DNA of 64,000 bases, from assembly GCF_006345805.1 (NCBI RefSeq), contig NC_043009.1, forward strand, positions 18,910,001-18,974,000. The letters run 5' to 3'. This document shows, piece by piece, positions 36,298 through 49,320 of this stretch (within the stretch, counting starts at the first letter, position 1; every line of letters starts with the position of its first letter). Both the position numbers and the translations under genes were made by a program. The DNA is from Octopus sinensis. Its lineage: Eukaryota. The notes beneath the pieces were generated by a model. It made no database searches. It had not been told where the DNA came from and was given only the letters and a program-made list of their open reading frames with translations.

Positions 36298-39200
36298 ATC
36301 ATCATCATCATCATCATCATTTAGCGTCCGTTTTCCATGCTAGCATGGGTTGGACGGTTCAACTGGGGTCTGGGGAGCCCGAAGGCTGCACCAGGCCAGT
36401 CAGATCTGGCAGTGTTTCTACAGCTGGATGCCCTTCCTAACGCCAACCACTCCGAGAGTGTAGTGGGTGATTTTATGTGCCACCGACACAGGTGCCAGAC
36501 GAGGCTGGCGAACGGCCACGCTCGGATGGTGTTTTTATGTGCCACCGACACAGGTGCCAGACGAGGCTGGCAGACGGCCACGCTCGGATGGTGTTTTTAT
36601 GTGCCACCGACACAGGTGCCAGATGAGGCTGGCGGACGGCCACGATCGGATGGTGTTTGTTACGTCCCCAAAGCACGGAGGCCAGTCTATGCGGTACTGG
36701 CTACGGCCATGTTCGGATGATTTTCTTGTGTGCCACCGGCACTGGTACCACAAAGATACAAATTCCATTGATGTTCATCTATTTTGATTTGTTTTGATTT
36801 GATTTTCACTTGCCTCAACAGGTCTTCACAAGTGTCACAAGAAGGAAGGTATGCACAGGTGGACTGACTACGTCCCAGGTAGGGGCCACGGGTTATGGCC
36901 TGACTAGTCTTGCCGGGTCTTCGGATGGTGTTTTTATGTGCCACCGACACAGGTGCCAGATGAGGCTGGCGAACGGCCACGATCGGATGGTGTTTGTTAC
37001 GTGCCCACAGCACGGAGGCCAGTCGATGCGGTACTGGCTACGGCCACGTTCGGATGGTTTTCTTGTGTGCCACCGGCACTGGTACCACAAAGATACAAAT
37101 TCCATTGATGTTCATCTATTTTGATTTGATTTGATTTGATTTTGATTTTCACTTGCCTCAACAGGTCTTCACAAGTGTCACAGGAAGGAAGGAAGGTATG
37201 CACAGGTGGACTGACTACGTCCCAAGTAGGGGCCACGGGTTATGGCCTGACTAGTCTTGCCGGGTCTTCGGTTGGTGTCTTTATGTGCCACCGACACAGG
37301 TGCCAGATGAGGCTGGCGAACGGCCACGATCGGATGGTGTTTGTTATGTGCCCACGTCACAGAGGCCAGTCGATGCGGTACTGGCTACGGCCACGTTCGG
37401 ATGGTTTTCTTGTGTGCCAACGGTACTGGTACCACAAAGATACAAATTCCATTGATGTTCATCTATTTTGATTTGGTTTGATTTGATTTGATTTGATTTT
37501 CACTTGCCTCAACAGGTCTACACAAGTGTCACACACTTGCCTCAACAGGTCTTCACAAGTGTCATAAGTAGGTGTCACACACTTGCCTCAACAGGTCTTC
37601 ACAAGTGTCATAAGTAGGAAAGTATGCACAGGTGGACTGACTACGTCGCCGGGTCTTCGGATGGTGTTTTTATGTGCCACCGACACAGGTGCCAGATGAG
37701 GCTGGCGAACGGCCACGATCAGATGGTGTTTGTTGTGCCCACAGCACGGAAGCCAGTCGATGCGGTACTGGCTACGGCCACGTTCGGATGGTTTTCTTGT
37801 GTGCCACCGGTACTGGAACCACAAAGATACAAATTCCATTGATGTTCATCTATTTTGATTTGGTTTGATTTTCACTTGCCTCAACAGGTCTTCACAAGTG
37901 TCACACACTTGCCTCAACAGGTCTCCACAAGTGTCACACACTTGCCTCTGCCTCAACAGGTCTTCACAAGTGTCACACACTTGCCTCAACAGGTCTTCAC
38001 AAGTGTCATAAGAGGGAAGGTATGCACAGGTGGACTGACTACGTCGCCAGGTCTTCGGATGGTGTCTTTATGTGCCACCGACACAGGTGCCAGATGAGGC
38101 TGGCGAACGGCCACGATCGGATGGTGTTTGTTGTGCCCACAGCACGGAGGCCAGTTGATGCGGTACTGGCTACGGCCACGTTTGGGTGGTTTTCTTGTGT
38201 GCCACCGGCACTGGTACCACAAAGAATACAATTCCACTGATGTTCATCTATTTTGATTTGTTTTGATTTGATTTTCACTTGCCTCAACAGGTCTTCATGA
38301 GTGTCACAAGAAGGAAGGTATGCACAGGAGGACTGACTATGTCCCAGGTAGGGGCCACGGGTTATGGCCTGACTAGTCTTGCCGGGTCTTCTCACGCACA
38401 GCATACTTCCATAGGTCTCGGTCTCTAGACATTTTCTTAGTGAGACCTAAAGTTCGAAGGTCGTGCTTCACCACCTCGTCCCAGGTTTTCCTGGGTCTAC
38501 CTCTTCCACAGGTTCCCTCAACTGCTAGGGTGTAGCACTTTTGCACACAACTATCTTCAGCCATTCTCATCACATGACCATACCAGCGCAAACGTCTCTC
38601 TTGCACACCACAACTGACGCTTCTTAGGTTCAACTTTTCTCTCAAGGAACTTACACTCTGACGATTATGAACACTGACATTACACATCCATCGGAGCATA
38701 CTGGCTTCATTTCTTGCGAGCTTACGCATATCCTCAGCAGTCACGGCCCATGTTTCACTACCATGTAGCATGGCTGTACGTACACATGCATCATACAGTC
38801 TGCCTTTTACTCTGAGCGAGAGGCCTTTTGTCACCAGCAGGGGTAAGAGCTCTCTAAACTTTGCCCAGGCTATTCTTACTCTAGCAGTTACACTTTCAGC
38901 ACACCCACCCCCGCTACTGACTTGGTCTCCTAGGTAGCGGAAGCTATCAACTACTTCTAGTTTGTCTCCCTGGAACGTGGCAGAAGTTGGTCTCTGCACA
39001 TTTCCAGTGTTTATTGCTCCTGAGCATTTGCCACAGACAAAAACTATTTTCCTAGTTAGCCTTCCTTTGACATTGCTGCACCTCTTATGTGTCCATAGCT
39101 TACACTTGGTGCATCTTATAGAGTTTCTACCTACACCTTTTTTACAGATCGAGCAGGGCCATCTACCTGAAGGCGTATGTGATTGATCTACCTTCCTACT

Positions 39201-39299
39201 TATTAGGACTTTGGTTTTGGCTAGGTTGATTCTAAGGCCCTTCGATTCTAATCCTTGTTTCCACACCTGAAACTTCTCCTCCAGTTCTGATAGTGACTA
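36298..39299 (-). mobile_element. 5'-truncated RTE-clade LINE with expanded 3' UTR
   Basis: ORF 38373-39266 (RT C-terminus, FRYLG, RLRWYGHVMR, RGRPRKTW), (GAT)n tail at 36300. Same family as 41295-44770. Confidence 0.95.
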
Positions 39300-39460
39300 T
39301 AAATATATATATATATATATCTGCGTATACATATATATATATATATATATATCTGCATATACGTACATATACCGGAGTAAACACATAAATGTGAAACAAG
39401 GTGGAAAAAAAGAGTACTTAAATACCAGTGGTAGAGTAATATGCTTTAAATAAAGTATAC

Positions 39461-39499
<39 letters not shown>

Positions 39500-39640
39500 C
39501 ATATACCTATATATATATATATATTCTGTTGTGTCTGGGGAGAGTCATTCTCTTTTAGTGCCTTATTATTTAACATATATATATGCATCTCTGTCTCATT
39601 GCGTGTGCATATCTGTGTATGTGTATGTTATGTAACTATG

Positions 39641-39833
39641 TACCTATCCGTCTGTATATTGATCTGTTTATTTACATATCTAAATGCTTACATACAGAAA
39701 TAAAAAATTAAAAAATAAAAATATATAAAAATAATTATTTTTTGTTATTTTCTATTATTTTTTATATTTTTTATTTTTGTATGTAAGCATTTAGATATGT
39801 AAATAAACATATCAATATACAGACGGATAGGTA
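39641..39833. repeat. Foldback with 56-bp arms (1 mismatch) and an A-rich/T-rich spacer
   Basis: 39641-39696 versus 39778-39833. Confidence 0.9.
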
Positions 39834-40976
39834 TCTTTATATATATAAAACTGAGAAAGTGTGTCTGTCTGTCTGTGTGTTTCCCTAAAACTTGAGAACT
39901 ACACAACCAATTTCATTCAAATTGAGTCCGGGGAGTGTCATCGGCAAAAAAAATTTTGAACATTTTGCCTAGGGCGAGCCCACAGCAATATTATATCTTC
40001 TCCACTACGATTCTCTAAAACTTGAGAACTACACAACCAATTTCATTGAAATTTTACACATGCCTTACTTAGGGTCCATGTAGTTTCATGGGCAAAAAAA
40101 AATGTTCAACATCTTGCCTAGAGCGAGCCCATAGCAATATCATATCTTCTCCACTATTTCAGTATTACGTGTTAAAAGTGAAACAAAAACATTTCTCTAT
40201 TTTATGTCAGATACTTTCACTTTAACAATAAAAATAATAATAACAATTGAATTATATGTAGTAAGTAATAATTAAAATCAAACTAAGGTATAATATAATC
40301 GTAACATAAAAAAAAGTAAAAATAGCAATTGGTATAAAATTGCATCAATGACTTGAATTTGAATAAGTGGTTTCACATGAATAGGAATAGATTAAAACTA
40401 AAATTAGCGTGCAGAAATGGTATAGTCCAGATGGATAATAGAAAATTAAATTAAAGAAAAGACTATTGTCTATAAAGTATACAATGTAGAGAAAGAAGAA
40501 GATTTGAACACCTGGAGGAAAGCACCTTCGAAAAGTGTCTTGGTGTGATTATGAAAGATATTTAATCAGAGGCGGTAAATTCGCCACAATAGAAGCAAGG
40601 TTCGAGTCAACGGAGCATGCAAGGGAGTACTCGACTCGATCTTGCAAAGTGGAAATATTTTATTTTTACCTTTATATCTGGGATGTAGGACGTCCCGGAA
40701 AAAAATTTAAAATGCCTCGAAGTAGAGGTAGGCTGGATTGTAGCCACACTTCTATACAAGAGGGAGGGCAAGATACAATTGATCGAAATTACAAGAGACG
40801 GGCTAATAATTCCAGTCTGTTATATATTTTGAGTATTGCTATCACTAGCAATATCAAGATATAACTTTGTATCTTGTATTTTATGTGTAGATGTATATAT
40901 AGATGTACATGTAATATGTACACATATATACATGCACTAGCACTATGACCCGGCAATGACGGGTCTTTAATGCTAG
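39834..40976 (+). mobile_element. Non-autonomous Helitron
   Basis: A|TC 5' end, 3' hairpin gaccc...gggtc, terminal CTAG|T. Internal duplication of cctaaaacttgagaactacacaaccaatttcatt. Confidence 0.8.
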
Positions 40977-41294
40977 TATAGACTATATGAACAGACACAT
41001 ATGGAGACACGGATCCACACATATAAAGATGCACATCCATACATACAAACATGGTACATAGTTACATAACACACACACACAGATATGCACACACGAGAAG
41101 ACAGAGGTACATATATATATGCATATATATATGTTAAATAATAAGGCACTAAAAGAGAATGACTCTCCCCAGACACAACAGAATATGCTTCAACACACAA
41201 ACTCATATAAAGAATCTTGCAAACCAAATCCAAAAACGATATATATATATCCGCATATACCTATATATATATATATATATATATATCCGCATAT

Positions 41295-44200
41295 AAGGAG
41301 GTTCTGCTAGGTTCCTCACAGGCAAAGAACTCAGGTAAAAGATTTTCTGGGCTGGGAACACCGATGGGCTCGGGGGCATAGGTATACTTCTTGCTGAAAA
41401 ATGGGTAGATAAGGTAATTGAGGTAGTCAGAGTATGCAACAGAATACTTAAGATTAGATTAGTGCTTCATCATGGATTAGCAACCATTATATCGGCCTAT
41501 GCCCCTCAGCCGGGGCTACCCGATGGACAGAAAGACTGATTCTATGACACCCTACTGCAGACTACCTCATCGACGAACGACAGGGACCTTCTCTTTGTGA
41601 CTGGTGACTTCAATGGGCATGTTGGACGACATGCTGGGGGCTTCCATAGCATACATGGAGGCTACGGTTATGGTTCCCGCAACGAGGAGGGAACCAGGCT
41701 GCTGGAGTTCTGCGATGCGAATAATCTTATGGTTTGCAACACTAACTTCAGGAAACCTACCAGCCACTTAGTCACCTACCGATCGAGCCGACATACTACC
41801 CAAATCAACTACATCCTTGCCAGAAAAAGGGAAAGATGGCTGCTTATAAATGCCAAAACCTTCCCAGGCGAAGAATGTACCCTACAACATAGACTGGTAG
41901 TTAGTGACTTTAGGATCAGGACTAAGAGGACGACCAGCATGGAGAAGAAGGATCTGGAAGCTTAAAGATCCTGCGAATGGACAGAGATTTAGAGACATAT
42001 TACTTGAAGCCTTTGACGAAATAGAAGGGGATATAGCTTCACATGGGGTAGAAGACAACTGGAGGTCTCTAAGGGACCACCTGCTGAGAGCCACTGACCG
42101 GATCTGTGGTTGGTGCAAACTCCCCTCAAGACCCAAAATAACGTCGTGGTGGAACAATATTGTTGACAGGGCTATTACACAAAAGAAACAGGCTTGGAAG
42201 GACTGGAAGAACGGTGGTAGCAGGGAAGTGTATCAGACTGCCAGAAGGGAAGCTAGGAGACAGGTCTATTTAGCCAGAGGGGAAGCAGATAAGAAAAAAT
42301 TTGCCAATATTCTGCACCGTGAGAATGAAAGACTTGGGCTATTTCGTGTTGCAAGACAGTGTGTGGGAGAGAATCGTGATGTGGTAGGAAAGAAATGTGT
42401 TCGCAGGGATGATGGTTCACTTGCGCTAAATGAGGATGCAAAGAGAGGTTTGGAGACGCCACTATGAAAGGTTGCTGAATAAAGAAAATGAATGGGATAA
42501 AGAGAGTCTGCCGAATGTCAACCCAATAGAGGGACCAGCTATCTGAGTTGACAGTTAGAGCAAGGTCATCAGCACAGAGGAGCTCCCAGGTATATAAGGC
42601 AATTAGGCACATGAAGACAGGGAAAACCCCAGGCCCATCAGGAATTACTGCAGAGATGCTCAAAATATCTGGTTTTGTCGGCTAGTCACCCGTATAGTTA
42701 ACCAGGTGATACATGAAAGAGTCATTCCCAATGACTGGTGTAGCAGCATAATAGTCAACTGCTATAAAGGTAAAGGTGACGCCCTAGATACAAATAACTA
42801 CAGGGGTATCAAGCTGTTGGATCAGGTAATGAAGGTTATGGAGAGGGTCATAGCCCAACTAATTAGAGAGAGAGTTAGTTTGGATGAGATGCAGTTTGGG
42901 TTCGTGCAAGGGAAAGTACCACTGATGCTATATTCCTGGTAAGACAGCTGCAGGAGAAATATCTAGCCAAAGATAAGCCCCTGTACCTGGCTTTCGTTGA
43001 CATGGAGAAAGCCTTTGACAGGGTCCCCCGATCCCTTATCTGGTGGTCAATGAGGAAACTAGGGATAGATGAATGGTTAGTGAGAGCTGTGCAAGTCATG
43101 TACAGAGATGCTGTAAGTAAGGTGAGGGTTGGCAACAAGTACACTAAAGAATTCAGGGAAGAGGTAGAAGTCCACCAAGGTTCAGTCCTCAGCCCCCTCC
43201 TATTTATCATAGTCCTCCAGGCAATAACGGAGGAATTCAAGACAGGAAACCCCTGGGAGCTCCTCTATGCAGATGAACTTGCTCTAATTGCTGAGTCACT
43301 ATCAGAACTGGAGGAGAAGTTTCAGGTGTGGAAGCAAGGATTAGAATTGAAGGGCCTTAGAGTCAACCTAGCTAAAACCAAAGTCCTAATAAATAGGAAG
43401 GTAGACAAGTCACAAACGCCTTCAGGTAGATGGCCCTGCTCAATCTGTAGAAAAGGCGTAGGTAGAAACTCCATAATATGCACCAAGAGTAAGCTATGGA
43501 CACATAAGAGGTGCAGCAATGTCAAAGGAAGACTAACTAGGAAAATAGTTTTTGTATGTGGCAGATGCTCAGGAGCAATAAACACTGAAAATGCGCAGAG
43601 ACCAACTTCCACCACATTCCAGGGAGAAAAACTAGAAATAGTTGCTAGTTTCCGTTACCTAGGTGACCAAGTCAGTAGCGGGGGAGGGTGCACTGAAAGT
43701 GTAGCTGCTAGAATAAGAATAGCCTGGACTAAGTTCAGAGAGCTCTTACATCTGCTGGTGACAAAGGGCCTCTCGCTCAGAGTAAAAGGTAGATTGTATG
43801 ACGCATGTGTATGAACAGCCATGCTACATGGCAGTGAAACATGGACTTTGACTGCTGAGGATATGTGTAAGCTTGCAAAGAATGAAGCCAGTATGCTTCG
43901 ATGGATGTGTAATGTCAGTGTTCATACTCGACAGAGTGTAAGAACCTTGAGAGAGAAGTTGGACCTAAGAAGCATCAGATGTGGTGTGCAAGAGAGACGT
44001 TTGCACTGGTATGGTCATGTGACAAGAATGGAAGAAGATAGTTGTGTGAAAAAGTGCCACACCCTAGCAGTTGAGGGAACCTGTGGAAGAGGTGGACCCA
44101 GGAAAACCTGGGACAAGGTAGTGAAGCACGACCTTCGAACTTTAGGTCTCACTGAGGGAATGACTAGAGACCGAGACCTATGGAAGTATGCTGTGCGTGA

Positions 44201-44770
44201 GAGAACCCGGCAGGACAAGTGAGACCATAACCCATGGCCTCTACCTGTGATGTAGCCAGTCCACTTATGCATACCTTTCCTTCTTGGGACACAAAACTTA
44301 ACTTGTGGAGACCTGTTGAGGCAAGTGAAAATCAGAATCAAAATCGAAATCGATCAACATCAATGAAAATTGTAGTTGTGATACCAGTGCCGGTGGCATG
44401 TAAGCGAACCACCCGAACGTGGCCGTTGCCAGCGCCGCCCCGATGGGCCTCCATGCCAGTGGCATGTAAAAAGCAGCATCCAATTGTGGCCGTTGCCAGC
44501 CTCGCCTGGCCCCCGTGCTGGTGGCATGTAAAAAGCACCATCCGACCGTGGCCATTTGCCAGCCTCGTCTGGCACCTGTGCCGGTGGCATGTAAAAAGCA
44601 CCCACTACACTCATGGAGTGGTTGGCATTAGGAAGGGCATCCAGCCCTAGAAAAATTGCCAGATCAGACTGGGCCTGGTGCAGCCCTCTGGCTTCCCAGA
44701 CCCCAGTTGAACCGTCCAACCCATGCTAGCATGGAAAGCGGACGCTAAATGATGATGATGATGTTGATGA
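41295..44770 (+). mobile_element. Near full-length RTE-clade LINE (APE endonuclease and RT), pseudogenised
   Basis: APE motifs YAPQ, GDFNGHVG, INYIL, QHRLV. RT motifs YRGIKLL, QFGF, DMEKAFD, HQGSVLSP, YADE, FRYLG. 3' UTR with ~60 bp repeats and a (GAT)n tail. Several stops and frameshifts. Confidence 0.97.
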
Positions 44771-44828
44771 TCCACATATACCTATGTATATATACGCATA
44801 TACCTATATATATATATATATATATATA

Positions 44829-44868
44829 AAGGCATAGGAGTGGCTGTGTGGTAAGTAGCTTGCTTACC
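44829..44868 (+). mobile_element. Isolated head of SINE family B
   Basis: aggcataggagtggctgtgtggtaagtagcttgcttacc, then an abrupt switch to unrelated sequence. Confidence 0.7.
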
Positions 44869-44869
44869 T

Positions 44870-46375
44870 TTGTCGTAGACAGAAGTCATTTTTGGGTGGA
44901 GAGTTCTTGCTGCTTGATGTCACATCTTTTGTCGTGAAATATTGAACTTTGAGTCACGACTACAGGTAGGCGTTTGTTGTATTTTTTTGAGGGCTTAGTG
45001 GAGTTTGTTGCCTTGTATTTAATATTTTTTGGTGAGTAACAGTCTCCACTCTGCTCCAGACAGTTGCCTGCCTGTGGTCATGTGTAAAGACTCACTTTGC
45101 AGTGAGAATTGTGTTTTTGAGGAGGCATAGCCCCTCCGCAAAAATTAATTTGTCTGCGAAAATTGTCTTTGTGTTTGTGAATTTCCACTGGATTACCAAG
45201 GAGTACCAAGGCAGGAAGGACTATTTTTGCGACTGGAATGCCTGTATTATTACAGAGTTGCAGAATTGTGTTGCCGTGGATTGAACTGTCTTCCTTCATT
45301 CTTTTTTTCTGCTCTGTCTTTCCGTTCTTTTTTTGTGTTTATTACTGAACTTTTATTTAGAACATTTGAACTTTTGTTGAACTCTTTTTTGTTTCTTTGT
45401 GGTTTTAAATGGCAACAAAGAAAACCACTGTGCTGGAGTGGGAAATTGTGCCCCCCAAGCAATGAATAAAGGACCAAAATGAGAGAATGGTGGTGTTGAG
45501 GACATACTCCAAGTCACTCGACACCATCACTGTGTTCTCTCAGGACGAAATTGAAAAAGAGTTGGCAGAATACCTACCAACTATCAAGTATATTGCAAGG
45601 GGTGTCAAATTTGCAACAGTGTGGTTACTGTTTCACACCCCTAAAGAGGCTAGCTTGTTTGCTAGTCAGCCCCTGGAAAGGGAAAAAATTTTGTTTCTCC
45701 CCACATATTGGGGGAGGAAATTGACAAGAGGCTGGGTGAGTGGACTGCCACCCGGAATAGAGCCTGAGTGGATAGAGGATACTACTATCCGCCGGGGTCT
45801 GGGTGGCAGTGGAGCCAGGCTCTTGAATGTTTAGAATGCTTCCTGTGATTGATTGGGTGGGTTGACCCCAATCCACCAAAGATCTGGTCTTCCCAGATTT
45901 TCTAAATATGGCTGGTTCTAGGCATCCGGTGATTCTTGAGGGACGCCTCCCCCCCCATGTGTCACCTGTGCCTGGATTCGGGTCACATCAAGAGGAAGTG
46001 CCCCAACAACCATGCAAGGGCACTGGAAAAATTAATAGGGGAGGATGTTTTTCCTCCAACGGAGCTTCTCAAGCATATAAAGGAAGGTGTAGAAAAAGTC
46101 GAGGAGGAGGTAACCCCCTCGAAAGGAAAAAAAAGAAAGAAGGTGGACAACAATGGTTGCCCACCAATGGATCTCGTGGCGAAAGTTCCTTTGATAGTCG
46201 GAACCTAATAGAGCGGCCTCCGCAGGTGGCTGCTCGGGTATTGGAAGAAAGGAACCTTTATTACATAATGGACTCCTTCTCAAAGGAAAAGTACAGATCA
46301 TGTGTGAAGGACCCCAACTTGCAGTTGCTGGAATGCCTGCAGGAGGCAAAAAAGTTCGGTAAATTTTATATCTAG
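44870..46375 (+). mobile_element. 5' UTR and gag-like ORF1 pseudogene of a LINE (probably Tx1/L1-like)
   Basis: ATG at 45409 (MATKKTTVLEWEIVPP), RRM-like region (KFATVWLLFHT), CCHC knuckle CHLCLDSGHIKRKC. Disrupted, and no ORF2 follows. Confidence 0.7.
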
Positions 46376-46479
46376 GGGATCCATGTTGTTCAATATGGCA
46401 TTACATGCCATCATTTCGTTTTAATATCGTAATTAATTTGGTCTGCTAATTGATTATCACTCCTACGTACATCAATACT

Positions 46480-49320
46480 AAATTTTAATTTTCAAAATAT
46501 TTTGTAGAAAAATACAAACTTCTTAGGACAAAACTACAGATTTCTGAGTGGAGGTAAAGACAATGTACCACACCCCACTTTGAGATTTTTTTTTTCTTAC
46601 AGGAACCCACTATATCGAGCACAGAGATTCCGAATCTGCAAAAAAAATCTGCATTTTAAAAATTTAATTAGTTATCTCTACTAATGTTTCACGCATACAA
46701 GGAATTATAAAATAACAGACGCAAAAAGTATCTAAACGGAAAACCTGACATGCCAGAAACACGTTTTCAAAATTTTGATACCAAAGAAAAAAATTCCAAA
46801 ATTTAAATCCACCCAAACCGGAAAACTGACAAGCTAGAAACAACAGCCAAACCGAGGGTCAACTTCCTAAATACGAATTACCAAAAGAGAAAAAAAATTG
46901 TTGTCATTTTGTTGCGTGTGTGTGTGTGTGCAAAAACTTTTTACACACCTCTCTTAATTCCAAAAGACCTTGACCACAACATGTTTAGTTATGTTTGTCA
47001 TGAAAACATTAGGAGAGAAAACCCTTTAATTTCACTTCTTGTCATAGAGCGGGGGGAATGGGTGTTTATTTATTTTTTTTTTTTTTGTTGTAAAATTGAA
47101 CTTTTACAGAATTTTTTTTTCTTCAGAATCCTAATCTCCGTATTTTTCTGCGTTATTTCGCAAAAAAAAAAAAGCTTTTTAAAAAGTGAAAATTTAAGAA
47201 ATTTAGGGGAGGCTGATCATAACTTTCAGAAAAATGGATATTTTTTAATGAAATTCTCTACAAATATACCTCGGACTATGTGGATTCCGAGAACATAATA
47301 ATTTGGGGGGAAAACAATTGGGGGTTATTTTTGAGGACCGTTCCCCACTCGGGGGTGTTTCGGAACAAGTCGTCCATATTTGTTTCGTAGATTTCTACTG
47401 AAGACCGAGCAATGAAGGCAAATGAAGCCCTCACCAGAAAACTCGTTATGCTAAAAATAACAGCTACAGGTCTGATACACAGAAATATCTTAAGACGACT
47501 TATCTGTTGCATACGATCTTTTTTTCACTTTAAGTAAATTCCCAGGTCAACATTTCGGCGCTTCTTTAGAAGCGCACCTCTCCAAGAAAATGACGCTTAC
47601 TTGTCAAAAAAGTTACGAAAATGGGAAATATATCCAAAATAAATAAAGTATGCAAAACATTAGGAAGATTCATCCATTTTAAAATATTTTATACTAAAAA
47701 ATTAAATACGGAAACCCGGGCACCTGCGAATATAAACAAACATGCGGAACGATAACTTTTACCAGTCAGATATTATTAATGCTACAAGGGGTCGGCCAAT
47801 ATCGCCTGCGAATTAGAAGAAGACCGGTTCACAATCTTTTTCGTAAAGTCAGTTTATAACTTAATAAGTCAAATTTTGTGCCTGAACGGGAAATATCACA
47901 TCATAAAATGAGCGAAAGTAAAGCACTGCACCTAACCATAGCGAACAGAGCAAGTCGTTGTAGGATCGACTACTAGCTAGCGCGGATGCGCGCACCGCGA
48001 CCACTGTTCGCTCTTCGGACCACTCCAACTTGTGCGCGCAGTAAAAATATCTGATTAAAAACTATCCAGAATTTGCAAGCGTTATTGCCGTATAATTAAT
48101 AATATCTGATACAAGTTGCCACCACTTTTATCGTCCGACGTGTTTGTTTATATTCGCGAATGCCCGTTTTCCGTTTTATTTTTTAGTATCAAATTTTTTA
48201 AAATCGATGAATCTTCCTAATTTTTTGCATACTTCATTTATTTTGGACTAGCAGTATCGCCCGGCGTTGCTCGGGTTTGTAAGGGAAATAACTATAAAGC
48301 ATTTTTAGAGAGTTATAGCCCAAAAATAGCAAAAAAATGGGAAAAAAAATTATGGTAAATTTTTTTTTTATAGTTAAAAAGGTCGAGTTGCGTCCCCTAG
48401 ACCATCTGTGGTTTGTGTTTCTGATTGTCGACCCCATGTCGAATTTATCGATCTTTTTCAGAACTGGGGGAACTTTTCAAAATTTTCGCTGCGTTAGTTT
48501 TGAATTATGACATTGGGCTATGTGTGTGTCAAGTTTCATCGGAATCGGTTGAAAGCCGTGGTCAGAGTGAGGGTACAACCAAACAGACACACAGAAACAC
48601 ACACAGACAAACTGCCGATTATATAGAGATATATTTCTCATTTTCATAATCTTTTTTTAGAAATTAGACGTCATTTTCTTGGAGAAGTGCGCTTCTAAAG
48701 AAGCGTCAACGTTTCTAATAGAAAGGAAGAAGGCATCAGAAGCAAAAATAAATAATATACACGCACAGTTAAATATAGAAGTGTAAAGTATAATTTGTTA
48801 CATAATCCCTATAGTAAACAAGATACTGAATGGAATAAATCCCTGTTTAAACTTTTTTAATGACATTGTGTGTGTGTGAAATCTATAGATGCAGAAACGC
48901 ACAAAATGAAAGAAAGTGAAACAAATAAGGACGACTTGTTCCGAAACACCCCCGAGTGGGGGACGGTCCCCAAAAATAATCCCCCGTTGTTTTCCCCAAA
49001 ATTATTATGTTCTCAGAATCTAAATAGTCCGAGGTATATTTGTAAAGAATTTCATTAAAAAATATCCATTTTCTTGAAAGTCAAGACGAATTGAAGTGGA
49101 CGACGGTGAATTTTCCGAACTTCCCACCCTCTCTTAAAACACTTTCCCCCACAAGTTTTGTATATTCGAAATCGAAATGATATAACATATATTCGTAGTC
49201 AATTCCATTAAAAAATATCCATCTTTTGGAAAGTTATGATCATCCAAAGTCGGAGGTGGGGGTGGGCAGAAATCTGTAGTTATGCCACTTCTTAGTAAAG
49301 AATTTTAGAAATACACTTTA
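46480..49320. mobile_element. Degenerate foldback/TIR-type DNA element(s) with nested insertions
   Basis: Inverted pairs: aactacagatttctg (~46522 and ~49267), ~170 bp at 47220-47390 versus 48920-49085, and 47555-47596 versus 48668-48712. Confidence 0.55.
48248..48629 (-). mobile_element. Non-autonomous Helitron, 382 bp
   Basis: Minus strand A|TC start, cccgagcaacgccggg hairpin, CTAG|T end. Confidence 0.85.

Noticed and set aside
36465-38385. CRISPR-like look of regularly spaced repeats
   Set aside because: The intervening sequences are themselves repeated, there are no cas genes, and the array is the 3' UTR of an RTE LINE.
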